From Trypanosoma brucei (Eukaryota): a DNA stretch of 64,000 nt. The DNA lies in the NCBI GenBank assembly GCA_000002445.1, contig CM000208.1:1088001-1152000 (forward strand). Reading direction: 5' to 3'. How positions within the stretch are numbered: the stretch's first letter is position 1; each line of letters starts with the position of its first letter. Positions 32,253 to 44,323 of this stretch are shown piece after piece. The notes under the pieces are model-generated. The model had not been told where the DNA came from, did no database searches, and saw only the letters and a list, made by a program, of their open reading frames with translations. Both the position numbers and the translations under genes were made by a program.

Positions 32253-33140
32253 ATGTCCCGGGCACCTCCACCACCGGATTTTTCACGAATTGCTGCTGAA
32301 ATCCGCAAGAGGTTGGGTAATTTTGGTGATATCGCAGGGCTTACAGCTCTGGTCGGTTTTGGGGGATTGGTTTGTGCAGGTTTGTACAAATCCATTTACT
32401 TCGTTGATGGCGGCTGCTGCGCGGTCAAGTTTAATGCCATCACAGGTCTGAAAAACCGAACGTACGGCGAGGGAGCCAACTTCGCCATCCCGTTTCTTGA
32501 AACTCCTGTTGTGTTCGATATCCGAAATAAGCCAACAGAAGTGCTGACTGCAACTGGGAGTCGTGACCTGCAGACGGTCAACTTGGCTGTACGTGTCCTC
32601 TACCAGCCGCACGTGAGCGCCCTCCCCGACATATACCGTAACGTTGGAATGGAATATGCAGAAACTGTGTTGCCATCGCTGGTGAACGAGATTATTCGCG
32701 CCGTAATAGCACAGTTCAACGCCTCGGATTTGCTGGTGAAGCGCCCGGAGGTGAGCAACCGGATTGGGGTAATGTTGGCCGAACGTGCCAAGCGGTTTCA
32801 TATTGACATTACGGATGTCTCCATTACCCAAATGAGTTTTGGTAAGGAATACACGAGTGCTGTAGAGGCGAAACAGGTCGCCCAGCAGATGGCGGAACGA
32901 GCGAAGTGGCGTGTTGAACAAGCGGAACAGGAAAAGGAAGGCGCAATTTTGTTGGCGAAGGGTGAAGCGGAGGCGGCCAAGCTTATTGGAATGGCCGTGC
33001 AGAAGAACCCAGCCTTTATTACGCTGCGAAGCCTTGAGGCGTCCAGGACTATTGCCGATCTCATGCGACAGAAGGGGTCTGGAAGCTTCTACATCGACAG
33101 TGATACCTTGTCTCTGAACACCCAAACTATTGGACATTAG
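32253..33140 (+). CDS. PHB2: Prohibitin (PHB2 type, SPFH/band-7 family)
   Basis: ...FGKEYTSAVEAKQVAQQMAERAKWRVEQAEQEKEGAILLAKGEAEAAKLIGMAVQKNPAFITLRSLEASRTIADLM... is near-identical in pattern to prohibitin-2 (VVA.FNAS.L.; KNPGYIKLRKI). ATG at 32253. Confidence 0.95.
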   Translation: MSRAPPPPDFSRIAAEIRKRLGNFGDIAGLTALVGFGGLVCAGLYKSIYFVDGGCCAVKFNAITGLKNRTYGEGANFAIPFLETPVVFDIRNKPTEVLTATGSRDLQTVNLAVRVLYQPHVSALPDIYRNVGMEYAETVLPSLVNEIIRAVIAQFNASDLLVKRPEVSNRIGVMLAERAKRFHIDITDVSITQMSFGKEYTSAVEAKQVAQQMAERAKWRVEQAEQEKEGAILLAKGEAEAAKLIGMAVQKNPAFITLRSLEASRTIADLMRQKGSGSFYIDSDTLSLNTQTIGH

Positions 33141-33586
33141 AGGGCATCTTTAGGAACTTCGGTTTGCGCATGCGTTTGGTGAATCTTAGCGGAACTGCTT
33201 CCACTCCTCTTAGCAATGAGTAGGTTGTCAATGACTCCTTTTGTCTTTCTTCGGCGTGCGTGGTATTGTTTCGTATGGGTGGAGGCTGGATGGCGAGATC
33301 GGTAAAAACCTACCACACATCGTGGAAACTCTGTTAACAGCTAAAAGGGTTGTGTTTTTCTCACTTGTGGATGACGGGCAAAGCAAACCAAAAACACTTT
33401 CAGTATTAACGACATTCATGCACTTACTTATCCGCTTGTTTGTGCCTTCCTATCCGTATGTACCGCCGCTAACTGCCGCACTTTTCATAGACTTATCTAT
33501 TATTATTATTGCCGTGCTCCTGAACGTTTTCCGCACAAAATAAGCTAGTAGCGCTTTGTCAGAGTTGCTTAGATACATTATAGGCC

Positions 33587-35578
33587 ATGAAACCGCGAGA
33601 CCTATGGGAACTCATGGTGGAGATCCTCGGTCCGTGCCTAAACAAGTCTGATACGCGCGACACGGACGTTATTGTGGATGAAACGCTTATGACATGTAGT
33701 ACACTGGAGGATGGGCAGGAAGCCCTAGTACGCGACGCCGTGTCAGGCACCCTTCATTTTGAGAAAGTGTGTGAAGGGATGTTGAGAGGTTTTTGTGATT
33801 ACTGCCGGCGAACCAATTTAGACAGATGCTCCATGTACCTTATCGCGTATTTTGTGGTGTTTCGGTACGAAAAAGTAGGAGGTCACAATCTACGGGAAAT
33901 GTTCTATCGCAGCACTACTACAAATATTCTCGTGGATTACTTGGAGTACATGACCGACCCGGAGGGTGTCACGGAACACTCGTGTGGTTACTGGAACGCG
34001 CATTATGATTCTTCCTTTGTTGAAAACTTTGTTTGTCACACACTGCAAGATGTGGCGACCCAAGTGCGCCAAGATATTGTCGAGTGGTTGCAGGCGAAAG
34101 TCCCTGGTGGCGTGGTGCCAGTACGTGAGTCGACGGAGGAGGATGTGTGTAAGAGGCTTTTATCCACCGCGAAACCAGCTTCCACTGTCAAAGCTCCACC
34201 TTCATCGCTCTGGGAAGTTAAACCTCCGACGCTTCCACCAGCGGAGGTAAGAGAAATGATGTTCACTATCCCTGAGGAGCGGCCGCCGCGTATCGACTGT
34301 TCAAAACCGCCAACGGCCGCAGTGCTTCCTCGCAAGACTCCGACGGTGCCCATTGGGTTTAGTTTCATGCAACGGCGCCCGCTTTCCTCTTTTAGAAAGA
34401 AGATACAGGAGCGAGGGGAAGCTGGAGCTGCAGCCGCATCCTCAGAACTTCGACCACCCGAAGTGAAGGTGGTGACGGATAAGCCAGTTGAAGTACGCCC
34501 GACTGCTGGCACTATACGGAGGGAGGCGTTGTTGTATATTAAAAGAGAGGAAGAAAGGAAACGTGCATTGAAAGAAGTGGAGGTGAGTCTTCATGACGCT
34601 CGAGAATACGATGACTGGAGGGAGAGGGAAAGGAAGAAAGAAGAGCAGGAACAAGCTGAAGAGGTCGTTAGGCGCAAGGAAAAAATTAAGCAAATCGCTG
34701 AAAGTGCAACAGAAAAGCGAAAAGCAATTGAAGAAGCGAAGAAAGCTATGACTCAGAAGTGTAGGTCGGAAAAACTCTCGCTAGAGGAAGCCTATGCCGC
34801 TCAGAAAGAATTTTACAAAACCTACCAACAGGGCATTGTGGAGGAAAGAAAGAAGGAGAATTTAGAAAAGCGTGAGAGGGCTTTGAAGCGCATGAACAGA
34901 GCTCGGTTCTCCGCTGCTGCGCGTGTGCGAGATGAAAGGGAGAGGCTCAAGGAGGAGGCAAACGAGGAACAAGAAAGGATAAGGGAAGAACGGCTCGCCA
35001 TCATTCAGGAGATGCAGGCGCTGCGAGAACGAAACCGCCAGCGGAAGGAAGAGCAGGCACAAATGAATTTTGAGAGTCGCGAGGTGCCTTCCCACTCTTA
35101 TGTGAGTCATACGATGACTGATCGCGAACTAAGGGAAGAATTGAGTCGGTTAAAGGTAGAAAACGCTCATCTTGAGGAGGAGCGGCGGGCTCAACTTCGG
35201 GCCGCGAGGCAAAAGGAGCGTGAAAAATTGGAGGCGTTGCTGCTGATGTGTGCCAAACGACGTCAAAATGTGCGGCGCGCGCGCGTTGAGGAAATCGCGA
35301 TCAAGAAGGCACAGAGGGCCGCTCTCGAGGAGGCACAGAACGATGAAGCACAGAAGAAGGCTCAAGCCACATGTGATATGCTAAAGCAAAAGAGGAACAA
35401 CAAACGGGCAGAACATTTGGCGTTTGCAAGGGAAGACCGGATGCGGCAAAACAAACTAGTTCTCCTCGCAAAAGATGCACACACTGTTGAGGAGAACCGC
35501 TGGAAACAGCAGGAACTTGGCGTCGTAAATAGAATTACACTGAACCAGAACAAGAGACTTTACTCTATGCAGGCGTAG
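33587..35578 (+). CDS. Hypothetical protein (663 aa) with a globular N-terminal third and an E/R/K-rich charged coiled-coil C-terminal two-thirds
   Basis: ATG at 33587. The C-terminal half is dominated by ERERLKEEA, REER, KEREK repeats. Confidence 0.65.
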   Translation: MKPRDLWELMVEILGPCLNKSDTRDTDVIVDETLMTCSTLEDGQEALVRDAVSGTLHFEKVCEGMLRGFCDYCRRTNLDRCSMYLIAYFVVFRYEKVGGHNLREMFYRSTTTNILVDYLEYMTDPEGVTEHSCGYWNAHYDSSFVENFVCHTLQDVATQVRQDIVEWLQAKVPGGVVPVRESTEEDVCKRLLSTAKPASTVKAPPSSLWEVKPPTLPPAEVREMMFTIPEERPPRIDCSKPPTAAVLPRKTPTVPIGFSFMQRRPLSSFRKKIQERGEAGAAAASSELRPPEVKVVTDKPVEVRPTAGTIRREALLYIKREEERKRALKEVEVSLHDAREYDDWRERERKKEEQEQAEEVVRRKEKIKQIAESATEKRKAIEEAKKAMTQKCRSEKLSLEEAYAAQKEFYKTYQQGIVEERKKENLEKRERALKRMNRARFSAAARVRDERERLKEEANEEQERIREERLAIIQEMQALRERNRQRKEEQAQMNFESREVPSHSYVSHTMTDRELREELSRLKVENAHLEEERRAQLRAARQKEREKLEALLLMCAKRRQNVRRARVEEIAIKKAQRAALEEAQNDEAQKKAQATCDMLKQKRNNKRAEHLAFAREDRMRQNKLVLLAKDAHTVEENRWKQQELGVVNRITLNQNKRLYSMQA

Positions 35579-36473
35579 ACCCACAACCCTTTTTGTGTAA
35601 AGAGCATTGGCCCATGTAGATGGGGAGCACTGCCATCCGGAGTGCATATGTATTACTTTTTAAAAGAAAAAACAAGAAAACACCGCTAGACTTTCTCCCC
35701 GTCTTTCATATGTATTTATTGTTATTATTATTGCGCACTACTCACCACATCTATTTTGCCCTCCCCCTCCCCCCTCCTTCAGATGATATTAGATCGTTGT
35801 AAAGAGGTAAACCGAAGTTGCAAACTTTTCGTTGCAGGGTCGATGTTGATGTGCTAGAGGCGGAGACACGGCGTTGCCCCTTTGGTCGCTTGGAACAAAG
35901 TGTGGGAGGGCACGCGCATCCTCAGCGCTTTTTGAATTTTTTGCTTGATGTGCCAACCAACGCAACATTTCGTTGAGCCTTTGCGGAAAGGTATTGAACA
36001 ATTCGGTGGAGGGTTGCGATGTTTGTTTGAGCGGTGTTGGAAATGACAGTTAGTGGCGCATGCAGTGACGGGAGCTTTTTTTTGGGGGGGGGTGTAGGGA
36101 CTGTGCAAGAAGAGGGGAATTGTGGAGTCATGTTTCGGGGGTATTACTGCGGTGTTAGTGTCTCAGAAGGGGCGTCGGCCACGCATTTTTACTTCGCAGA
36201 TGCTTGCACACATTGGTATAATCATCCCCGGAGGAATCCAGTAGCTGTGTTCAGCGTGTTTCTTCGTCAGAAGTTTTTTTCTTCTTTTGCGTCGTCAGTC
36301 GCCGCAGGTTTTGTAAGCGGTGATGCAGTTGCAACCAAAAGAAAACCACTTTAACGTAACTGAAGCTGTGTAGTCCGCATGCTTAACTTCCATTTGTGTG
36401 TGCACATAGATCAACACTTCACCGCTGGGGTTATTTGTTGTTTGTTGAGTTTGTAGGAAGGCAACCCCGTGGT

Positions 36474-37580
36474 ATGAGGCGGTGGGCCAGTTACACTTGC
36501 TTCGGTGCCATCACGATGCGGCTCCCCATTCCTAAGTTGGCGGAAAGGCATATGCACTCACCGGCGTCTCTGACGTGTCGAAAGGGAGTCCCTACAAGCA
36601 CGACCGCGGCGGTGGAAATGACTTACTTCCAGGCAATCAACTCTGCGCTCGATCTTTCACTTTTGCGCGACCCGAAGACGGTGCTGTTCGGGGAAGACGT
36701 CTCATTCGGTGGTGTATTCCGTTGCTCACTTGGCTTGGCTAAGAAGTATGGTTCTAAAAGGGTCTTTGACTCACCGCTTTCCGAGCAAGGCATAGTTGGC
36801 TTCGCAATTGGAATGGCTGCCGTTGGATGGAAACCAATTGCAGAGGTGCAGTTCGCAGATTACATATTTCCGGCTTTCGACCAAATTGTTAACGAGGCCG
36901 CAAAGATGCGCTTCCGCTCAGGAGGTCAGTTCTCCTGTGGTGGGCTCGTGGTGCGCTCTCCGTGCTCAGCTGTGGGGCATGGAGGGCTTTATCACTCCCA
37001 AAGTGTGGAGGGTTATTTTAACCACTGTGCCGGTGTCAAGATTGTTATGCCCTCCACTCCATCGGAAGCGAAGGGGTTATTGCTGCAATGTGTTGAGGAG
37101 GAGGATCCGTGTATCTTCTTTGAACCAAAGCTCCTGTACCGCTCCGCGGTGGAACTTGTTGAGCCATCGTATTACACAATACCGCTGGGAACCGGTCGGA
37201 TTGTCCGGGAGGGGAAGGATGTGACTATTGTCACGTATGGAACACAAGTTGCGGTTGCTTCGAAGGCGGCTCAGCGTGCGGAAAAGGAGGGCATCTCGGT
37301 GGAGGTTATTGACCTTCGGTCATTAAAACCATGGGATCGAGAGATGGTGGCGCAGTCCGTTCGGAAGACTGGTCGGGTAATCGTGACGCACGAAGCCCCT
37401 AAAACTAGTGGTTTTGGTGCGGAGCTTATCTCCAGCATCGTCGAGGACTGTTTTCTTTCACTGGAGGCGCCCCCGAAGCGTGTGTGTGGGTTAGACACGC
37501 CTCACCCGTTACATGAGCAGTTGTATTTACCGAATGAGGCGAAAGTATACGAGGCAGTGAAGGAAGTGATCGCGTTCTAG
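36474..37580 (+). CDS. 2-oxoisovalerate (branched-chain alpha-keto acid) dehydrogenase E1 component, beta subunit
   Basis: [83 protein letters not shown]...[33 protein letters not shown]...VCGLDTP matches BCKDH E1-beta block for block, including [29 protein letters not shown] and GxDTPFP. The ORF track starts at a GTG at 36396. I place the start at the ATG at 36474 ([10 protein letters not shown]..., a plausible mitochondrial presequence). The ATG at 36516 is an alternative. Confidence 0.85.
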   Translation: [368 protein letters not shown]

Positions 37581-40500
37581 GCAATATCGACATTCGTACA
37601 TTTTATTTTTTTTGAGGGATTTACCAGTGACTACCGTGCGTTGTCAATGTATCTGTTTTTCCATACATATCGCTGTACCTCCTGTGTGGCAGTAGAACGG
37701 GTATCAGTGAAGCTTCGGAAAAAATAAAACGTTTACAAACAACCCGAAGCAGAGGTGGTACGGGTTCACACGTGGATCCTGTGGTCACAACCAAATGTCA
37801 GTTTACTCAGCTCGCCTCTGTTTGTCCTTTTTATCTTTACTTGCGCCAACTGGCAATCTGGGGTAGTTGCAGAGAACTCTACTTCCTAGGAGGATTTCCG
37901 GTGTGTGGGGAAGTGATGTCTGCTCGGGTGGTTTCGTAACAAGGATGCGGCTGTTGTTTGGATCACGGCGTCCCTGTCGCTCCAACAGTGCAGCGGTTAC
38001 CCGCTCTTGGACCGATGCCCAAAAAGTAAAAAGCCATGACGGAGAGGAACCGTTGGTCGCTTGAGCTGCGGGACCGGAACCCGAAAAAAAAAGGTCAAAA
38101 TATCAAACAGCACAAATGGGTTTGCGCAGAACGTGGCTTTCAATCTAAGAGTGCAGGTGTACTAACATTGCGCGGGCCGCAGAAACACTACATGACCAAC
38201 GACAGTCCCTTTCCACCCCACACTGGCGGAACCATAATCCACACTGAATATGATAAAAAAACACACTCCAGTGAGGAATCTGTGGGTTCAAATTGATTTA
38301 GCAGAGAGGCTCGACAATACGTCATGGAATAAAGAGCAGAGGTCAGCTTTAGCACATCATTCCAGTGGTGGAGAAACGGATAGGCACACAAAGTGAAAAC
38401 CGACCGCATCAACCCAACACCAATGAACAAAGTGATAACACCACCAGTTCAACCCCTGGAGAAAATGAAGCGATATATGGACCTCGCGGCTACATATTTC
38501 ACACGTAAAATGGACTAGTGATACGTCACGGGATGAAATACTGCGAAGTACAACCGCAAACGGAGTCGCAAGAAATAAAGAGGCAACGGTAACTCGAAGA
38601 GAATGCAAGTATTCCAACTAAGGGCTCCCGAGCGCCGGAAACGAGAGGGCATCCAGTGAACTACCCAGCAGGCACATCTGAGCCGCTACAATGCACGCGA
38701 TGTGGCTTTGTATCACAATCAAAAGGGGGAACAACACCAAACACCAATATTCAACACCGCAGAGGCCATCCCCTGGAGAGTAACGCTGGTACAAAACGGA
38801 GCCGTTCCATCACAGAACAAGAGGTATCCCTCATTTGGGACACGGTAACTATAGGTGTAAATGACACCTGTTGCACGCAATGCCGTCATACGCATGTATC
38901 AAAAGACAGCCTGATGGGGCACTTCGGGGGAATGCATAGACAGCATCCCTTCTCCGTAGCAAAAGAATCTCCACCACCGCTCCGGAGCTTCAACGTCAGA
39001 GGATTTCATCTACACTTCACGTTCGTAAACCGAAATCAGACGTCCCACTCAACATCAGGTTCATCTATACATCGCCATCAAAAAACATGAAATCTGCGTT
39101 GAAAGGAAACATACACACTCCAACGACTGCGAAGGGAATCCCACCCACATACTCGTGCGCTCAAGCCTAAAGTGCTCCGCAGTTACTTCGGGCTTGAGGG
39201 CGAAAATATGCAGAAGATAGTGTTCACCAAGAACCTTGCACAATTCCTCCTAGAACTTGAGAAACCCCTCATTCTCTTCCAACATGTACTTTCTTCATTC
39301 GAGAGGAACACCCCTATAAAGGAGAATAGACTACACAAAAAGCTGCCCACTCCTCTGAATGAAAATTGTAAACTTCACTATGCTCTTCTACGCTTGGCTC
39401 AAAAAAAAAAAAAAGAGGCAGAAGCCTTTCACTCTCAAGTAAGCTGTTTTCGCCATTACGGAAGACCGAGGACTAAAAGCTGAACGTTTGCAACTGGTCA
39501 CGCATAACTAGTTCGGACATAACCTACAAATGTCTTCCGTAAAGCAAATATAGTGCGCTCCAACCTAGATGGCAATTCGTTGACGGCACGTCCACTGAGG
39601 AGCATTATAAAAAAAAAACGTTTAAGCGATTGAGGTCGCGACGACACAAGCAACTTGTACAGCGACCTCATAGATAATGAAATCGCCACCATCATTCGAT
39701 CAGCCGCACGACCGGCCGCCAGCAACGGCAGTAATGGGACGTGAAGATCGCTTTGATGCGCGTTTCACCCTAATCCAGTTTCGAGTGTAGCGTATTCCCC
39801 TTTGCGCTTCTGCTTTATGTCTCCCACCAAAATATCAACGATGCATATTAGGTGCACAGTTCTGCCCTTGTTTTCTTTGATTGCAATCTCATCTGCTATT
39901 CCACTGTTTATCCAAGCAACGTGGTGGGAGAAAATAAGCTGCACCGAAATCACCGCATTCCTTTTACTGACTGTGAAAATCACCCTTCCATACACAGCGC
40001 GGGATTCCATCCTCCGCGCGACTCTGTCTTTCATTGTTTCCAGTAACGTATTTAGCACCTTTTCAATTGGCACCGCTTCCGCACAATGACTGCATCCCAG
40101 TATTCAGATGTCCCTTTAATTCTGTATTCTTCCATGTTGCCGAAGATTACCGTTTCTGTGCCCGATGAAGCGTCTAAACTCACCAGTTCATTTGTTCAAA
40201 CGTTTCAGTCCTTATTGAATATCCCCATTTTTTTCGGCGTATGAGCCCTCCTCCATTTGTCTTTTGCGTTTGCTTTTATACCCACCCACGTATGGCAAAT
40301 TTGTGTACACTCTGGAGCCAATGTCCAAGGAGCTTTAAGTATGGAGTGCACCTTGATTTTTGGTGTCGGAGCACCAGACCTCCACTGAATTCAGCCATTC
40401 AGGTATTGGATGACTTCTAGGATATTGCCGGTTTATTATGTCTGAAAAGCATCCTCTTTTGGCGCTTGATTGCATGTAATATTCCGTCGCCCTCGTGTTT

Positions 40501-43500
40501 GCCGCTTTTCAAACAAATATCAGTCGTGCTTTTTTGAGCATGTCTTGTTTGTTTGCGTGCGACGAAATCTCAGCAATGTTGCCCACCAACTGGGGTTGGA
40601 TTCTTTTGTGGACTGGGTACGTTTCCTTTGCCATCCTGCACGGCCGTAGCGGAAAAACACGACGAGGGGATGCTGTTCTCGAGTTTTTGCTTTGTCTACC
40701 ATCTGTGTGTCTTCGTCCGCTAAAATCAACAATGCTCTGGAGAATCTGATCCGAGACCGGGCCTCAGCACAGCAGTGGGGAGTTTGAGATCCTTTGCAAG
40801 ATTTGCGGCATAACACAAGTGAAGGAACCGAGACCTGAATTTGGCAACCGAAAGGAGGATGAGGTGGCGGGGTTTGAGGCGATTGTGGGTGTTGACGGGA
40901 TCGCGGCAATGCCGGAACAACATGGAAGATGCCGTCAAAAAGACGATTAACATCTGCAGTGAGGTGGCAAAGAAACACAGCATTACAGCTCGTAGGGATG
41001 ATCGACGGAAGCGGAAAGTGTGCGGCAACGCTAGAAGAGATGTGTCACATTGGAACGGAGGCGGTGCGTGATTCCAGGAAAACGGGAAGTTGTTGGGACA
41101 ATTAAACCGGTGCTACCGGTAACAATATCGGTGCCCCAAGGGATGCAGAGCTTGAGAGAGCAACAGAAATGTTGGCAGGCGATAGCGATCCCATGAGCCC
41201 CATAATCACTTTAAGGAAACGTTTCACTGGACGATTTTGAGAGGAAAGGAAACGCGAAATCTGGGCGTGGCAGCCACATTGGCCGCTAGCAAGGAATGAT
41301 TTCAAGTTTGGGCGGAATATTTTACGGAAATGAACGAAACTGCATCCGGAACGAATCATCAGGAAGAACTAAGCCCTAAGACCAGTTTCCCTATTAAAGT
41401 TTATTTACCATTGACCTCACAAAAATTTTGAAACTCAACGGTGAATCTAGCGGCTTTTCGGCTACTCCCCCAGACCTGGAAAAAAAAAACAGTTTCCCTG
41501 AACCCGAAAAGCTCTGCCCGCTCAGCAAACTTACGCCATGCACAATCCCGTGAAGGTGACACATCCCCAAAACACTCTGCACAGCCCATTTCGCTGGACT
41601 GCACACTTCTTTCATACCGCTAATATTTTCACCCCTAAATTAACGTGCCCGGACACTCACATGTATACCTGTAAAATTATGCAAGTGCTTTGACGAAGCT
41701 ACACCCACGTTGTGTTGGGTGCTTTTGTAATCCTATGGTGTTCAGCGCTCTCCCATACTTTAAAAAGCATACTACGCCGTTGTTTTTAGTACTACACCCT
41801 TCCCGTTTCCATTGGCACGCCCTCCGTAGTGGCATTTGCCGCCAGAATCCCTGTTCTAGAGGAGGTTTGTTGCATTTTTACGCTTCTTTCGGTAGCGGCC
41901 GTTTGTACGCACAGGGTGGTGTACATGCGTATATGTAGTGGTTGTTATTTTTTATGGAAAAAAAAAGCTGTTGAACCCTGTGACTTTAAGGTGCTGAAAA
42001 TAAGATTGGGACGAGGTTACATCTTATCCGTGGATAACCTTATAGGTGTGGAAGTGGGGGGACCATTCTCGAGAGTTACTTGGGGGTCAAACACACATAC
42101 AAGCGGCAGGCAAATACACTGAAAGGGGTGTGCCCGTGTTGGTGTTTGTGTGTGCGCGCAAATGTCGCCCCTGGCGTTTTTAATGGATATGTAAGCTTTG
42201 AAAGCAACCTCCTAGGGATTTGAAACATCTGTTGGATTCTGAAACTTGACAATTTCAGACTCGCGCAACACTGAGTAGCCTTTTTGACTTACTTACGTTT
42301 TGTGACCAAGCGGAGAAGTGAGGGAGACGCGATGGCGAAGAACCACTTCTTCAGATTCACTAGTTGGGGTAACAAAAGTTCCAGCCCCCTTTCAGGCGTA
42401 GTGAACAGCGGAGGCACAACTAATGAGGGCGGTGGATTCTTCACCAACTTCGACCCACCTCATTAAAATGAATGCCTCCTTACCGCGCCAACGCAACGGC
42501 AGGTGGCTAAATCGCGCATATTTTTGTGCCCATTCCCTCGCCACACAACTCTATGAAAATATCTTCCTCGAGGAGCTAATGGGAAAACATATCTCAGTCA
42601 CCATTTGCGAACGCAACTTCGTATGTTGAAGCGGGGGTTGTGTGAGGTGGGAACCGCGAAGGAAAGGTTGTACGTTGTGGTGGCGGTTGTGAGGTGGCGC
42701 TGTTTTTTTTTTCCTCCCTTTTTTTCTTGAGTGGGGATTACGGGGTTGCCGGTTCGTGGAGTATTATAACGCATGCTTTCCACCTGTAAGCTGCGGTGGT
42801 CCTCCTTTCCCCCAATCATCTCGCCCCGTACGGACAATAATGGAAGTGAAGTTTGTTTTGAGTGTGGCGTTGTCAGACCATTTGGAGGAAGTTATAGTTA
42901 AGGGATATAAGTCCCCGTGGAGAAAGTAAACGCCTGTCCAAATACTTATTCTATGTCACATTGTACGGAAACGCCACCACCCATATACTGGTCGTACCGT
43001 CAGTTGAAGTTCTCCATCCTGGCGTCAACGAAGTGCTTTTAAGGGTTCTCCTAGCGTCTAAACTCGTCCACTTTCACTGATGCCGTTTGGGTACACTCCC
43101 TCCAACCCAACCTTAACTAGCCTCTCTACACACCGCTTCATATCTTCAAACACATTTTTGTACCACCGTGAACTTTTGTTCTACACCTTTATTATGACAC
43201 ACATCCGTAGGAAGTAGCATCCCCTCTCCGCCACAAAAAAAGAAAATTATTGGGTGCGACAGTGTTCCCAGTATAATGGCTCTCGCCATGTGTTTTTTGG
43301 TTTTATTTTTCAGTGAGCCGTTCGCAAAGGTGTATTTCCTCCTCCGTAAGCTTGGCCTGTGCTACAAACATTGATACGATATCATAATATTTCCACATAA
43401 CCCCCTCAATATCATGACTACCTCCCCACATGAACCACATTTGCTCCGATAAGCGCCTTCCCACACCCACACACACCCCCCACACACACACACGCTGACT

Positions 43501-44323
43501 GAAATCTTAAACTACATAGGGGAATACCCTATTTGCATCACAGCGAAATTCACCTTGGCTGTGGGAACCCCACCGAACAACTTCACGCTTGCAAATTTAC
43601 TCGGATCACAACGGATACTTAAAAATTTTCCCAACACAACTACATTCCACACCGCAGTGTGGCACCCCACGAGGTGTCCAAAATGAACATCCTCTCAATT
43701 TTCCTTATTCCTCACATACTTACAAAACAGAAGAGAAGCACATGCGGGGAGGAGGGGGGGGCGAGGAAAGATGCACCCAACCCATTTCCATCGGATATCA
43801 TAAATCACCAGGGGTAACTTGTTCTTTTTTTTTTTTTAAGTCTTCCCAAACCCTCCCCAAATATCAAAACGCCCCCCCCCCCAGCCCACAACACCACCAG
43901 AAATTGGTGGCAGAAATCGCTCCCCTCCCTTTCCGGTCTTTTCGTTGGCCGGTGAAGTGCAGAATGGAAAACATCACGTCGAGTTCACCTTCACTACGCA
44001 CCAACTATCCGCACTCTTCGCCTCCACAACGATGCGGTACATCCTCAGAACCCCACCACCTCCAAAAAAGAAGGCGGTGATGGAATGTTATTATCCCTGT
44101 CTTTCCTTCTTTTCCATCGTGAATATTAGCGCTATCAATAATACCCTCACATAATATCTCTACACAAGCCCATTACAGACACCGCTTCAGCTAGTTTTCA
44201 TCCCTTTGGCGGTATATCTCGATGGGGAAATTATGCGTCATTCACCCATGATATCATCACAACAAGTAAACATACCACACACCAATTCGGAGTGTCAGAG
44301 AATGTGGTATGATGTTGTTGGGT
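37581..44323. other. Convergent strand-switch region (transcription termination zone), 6.7 kb, gene-free
   Basis: Plus-strand genes end at 37580 and minus-strand genes end at 44324. Only short unconvincing ORFs lie between. Homopolymers cluster near the right edge: G10 at about 43747, T15 at 43815 and C13 at 43865. Confidence 0.6.
38593..39090 (+). pseudogene. ATG-less ORF encoding two C2H2-type zinc-finger motifs; a candidate remnant of a degenerate retroelement or decayed gene
   Basis: A stop-to-stop frame spans 38593..39090 with no ATG; the ORF track starts it at a GTG at 38656. It carries CTRCGFVSQSKGGTTPNTNIQHRRGH (C-x2-C ... H-x3-H) and CTQCRHTHVSKDSLMGHFGGMH (C-x2-C-x12-H-x4-H). It is isolated in a gene desert and flanked by stops in all frames. 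Confidence 0.3.

Noticed and set aside
32283-33137. A 284-aa minus-strand ORF exactly antisense to the prohibitin gene
   Set aside because: The plus-strand frame has unmistakable prohibitin homology and sits in a plus-strand array. The antisense frame has no domain-like features and starts without a verified ATG context.
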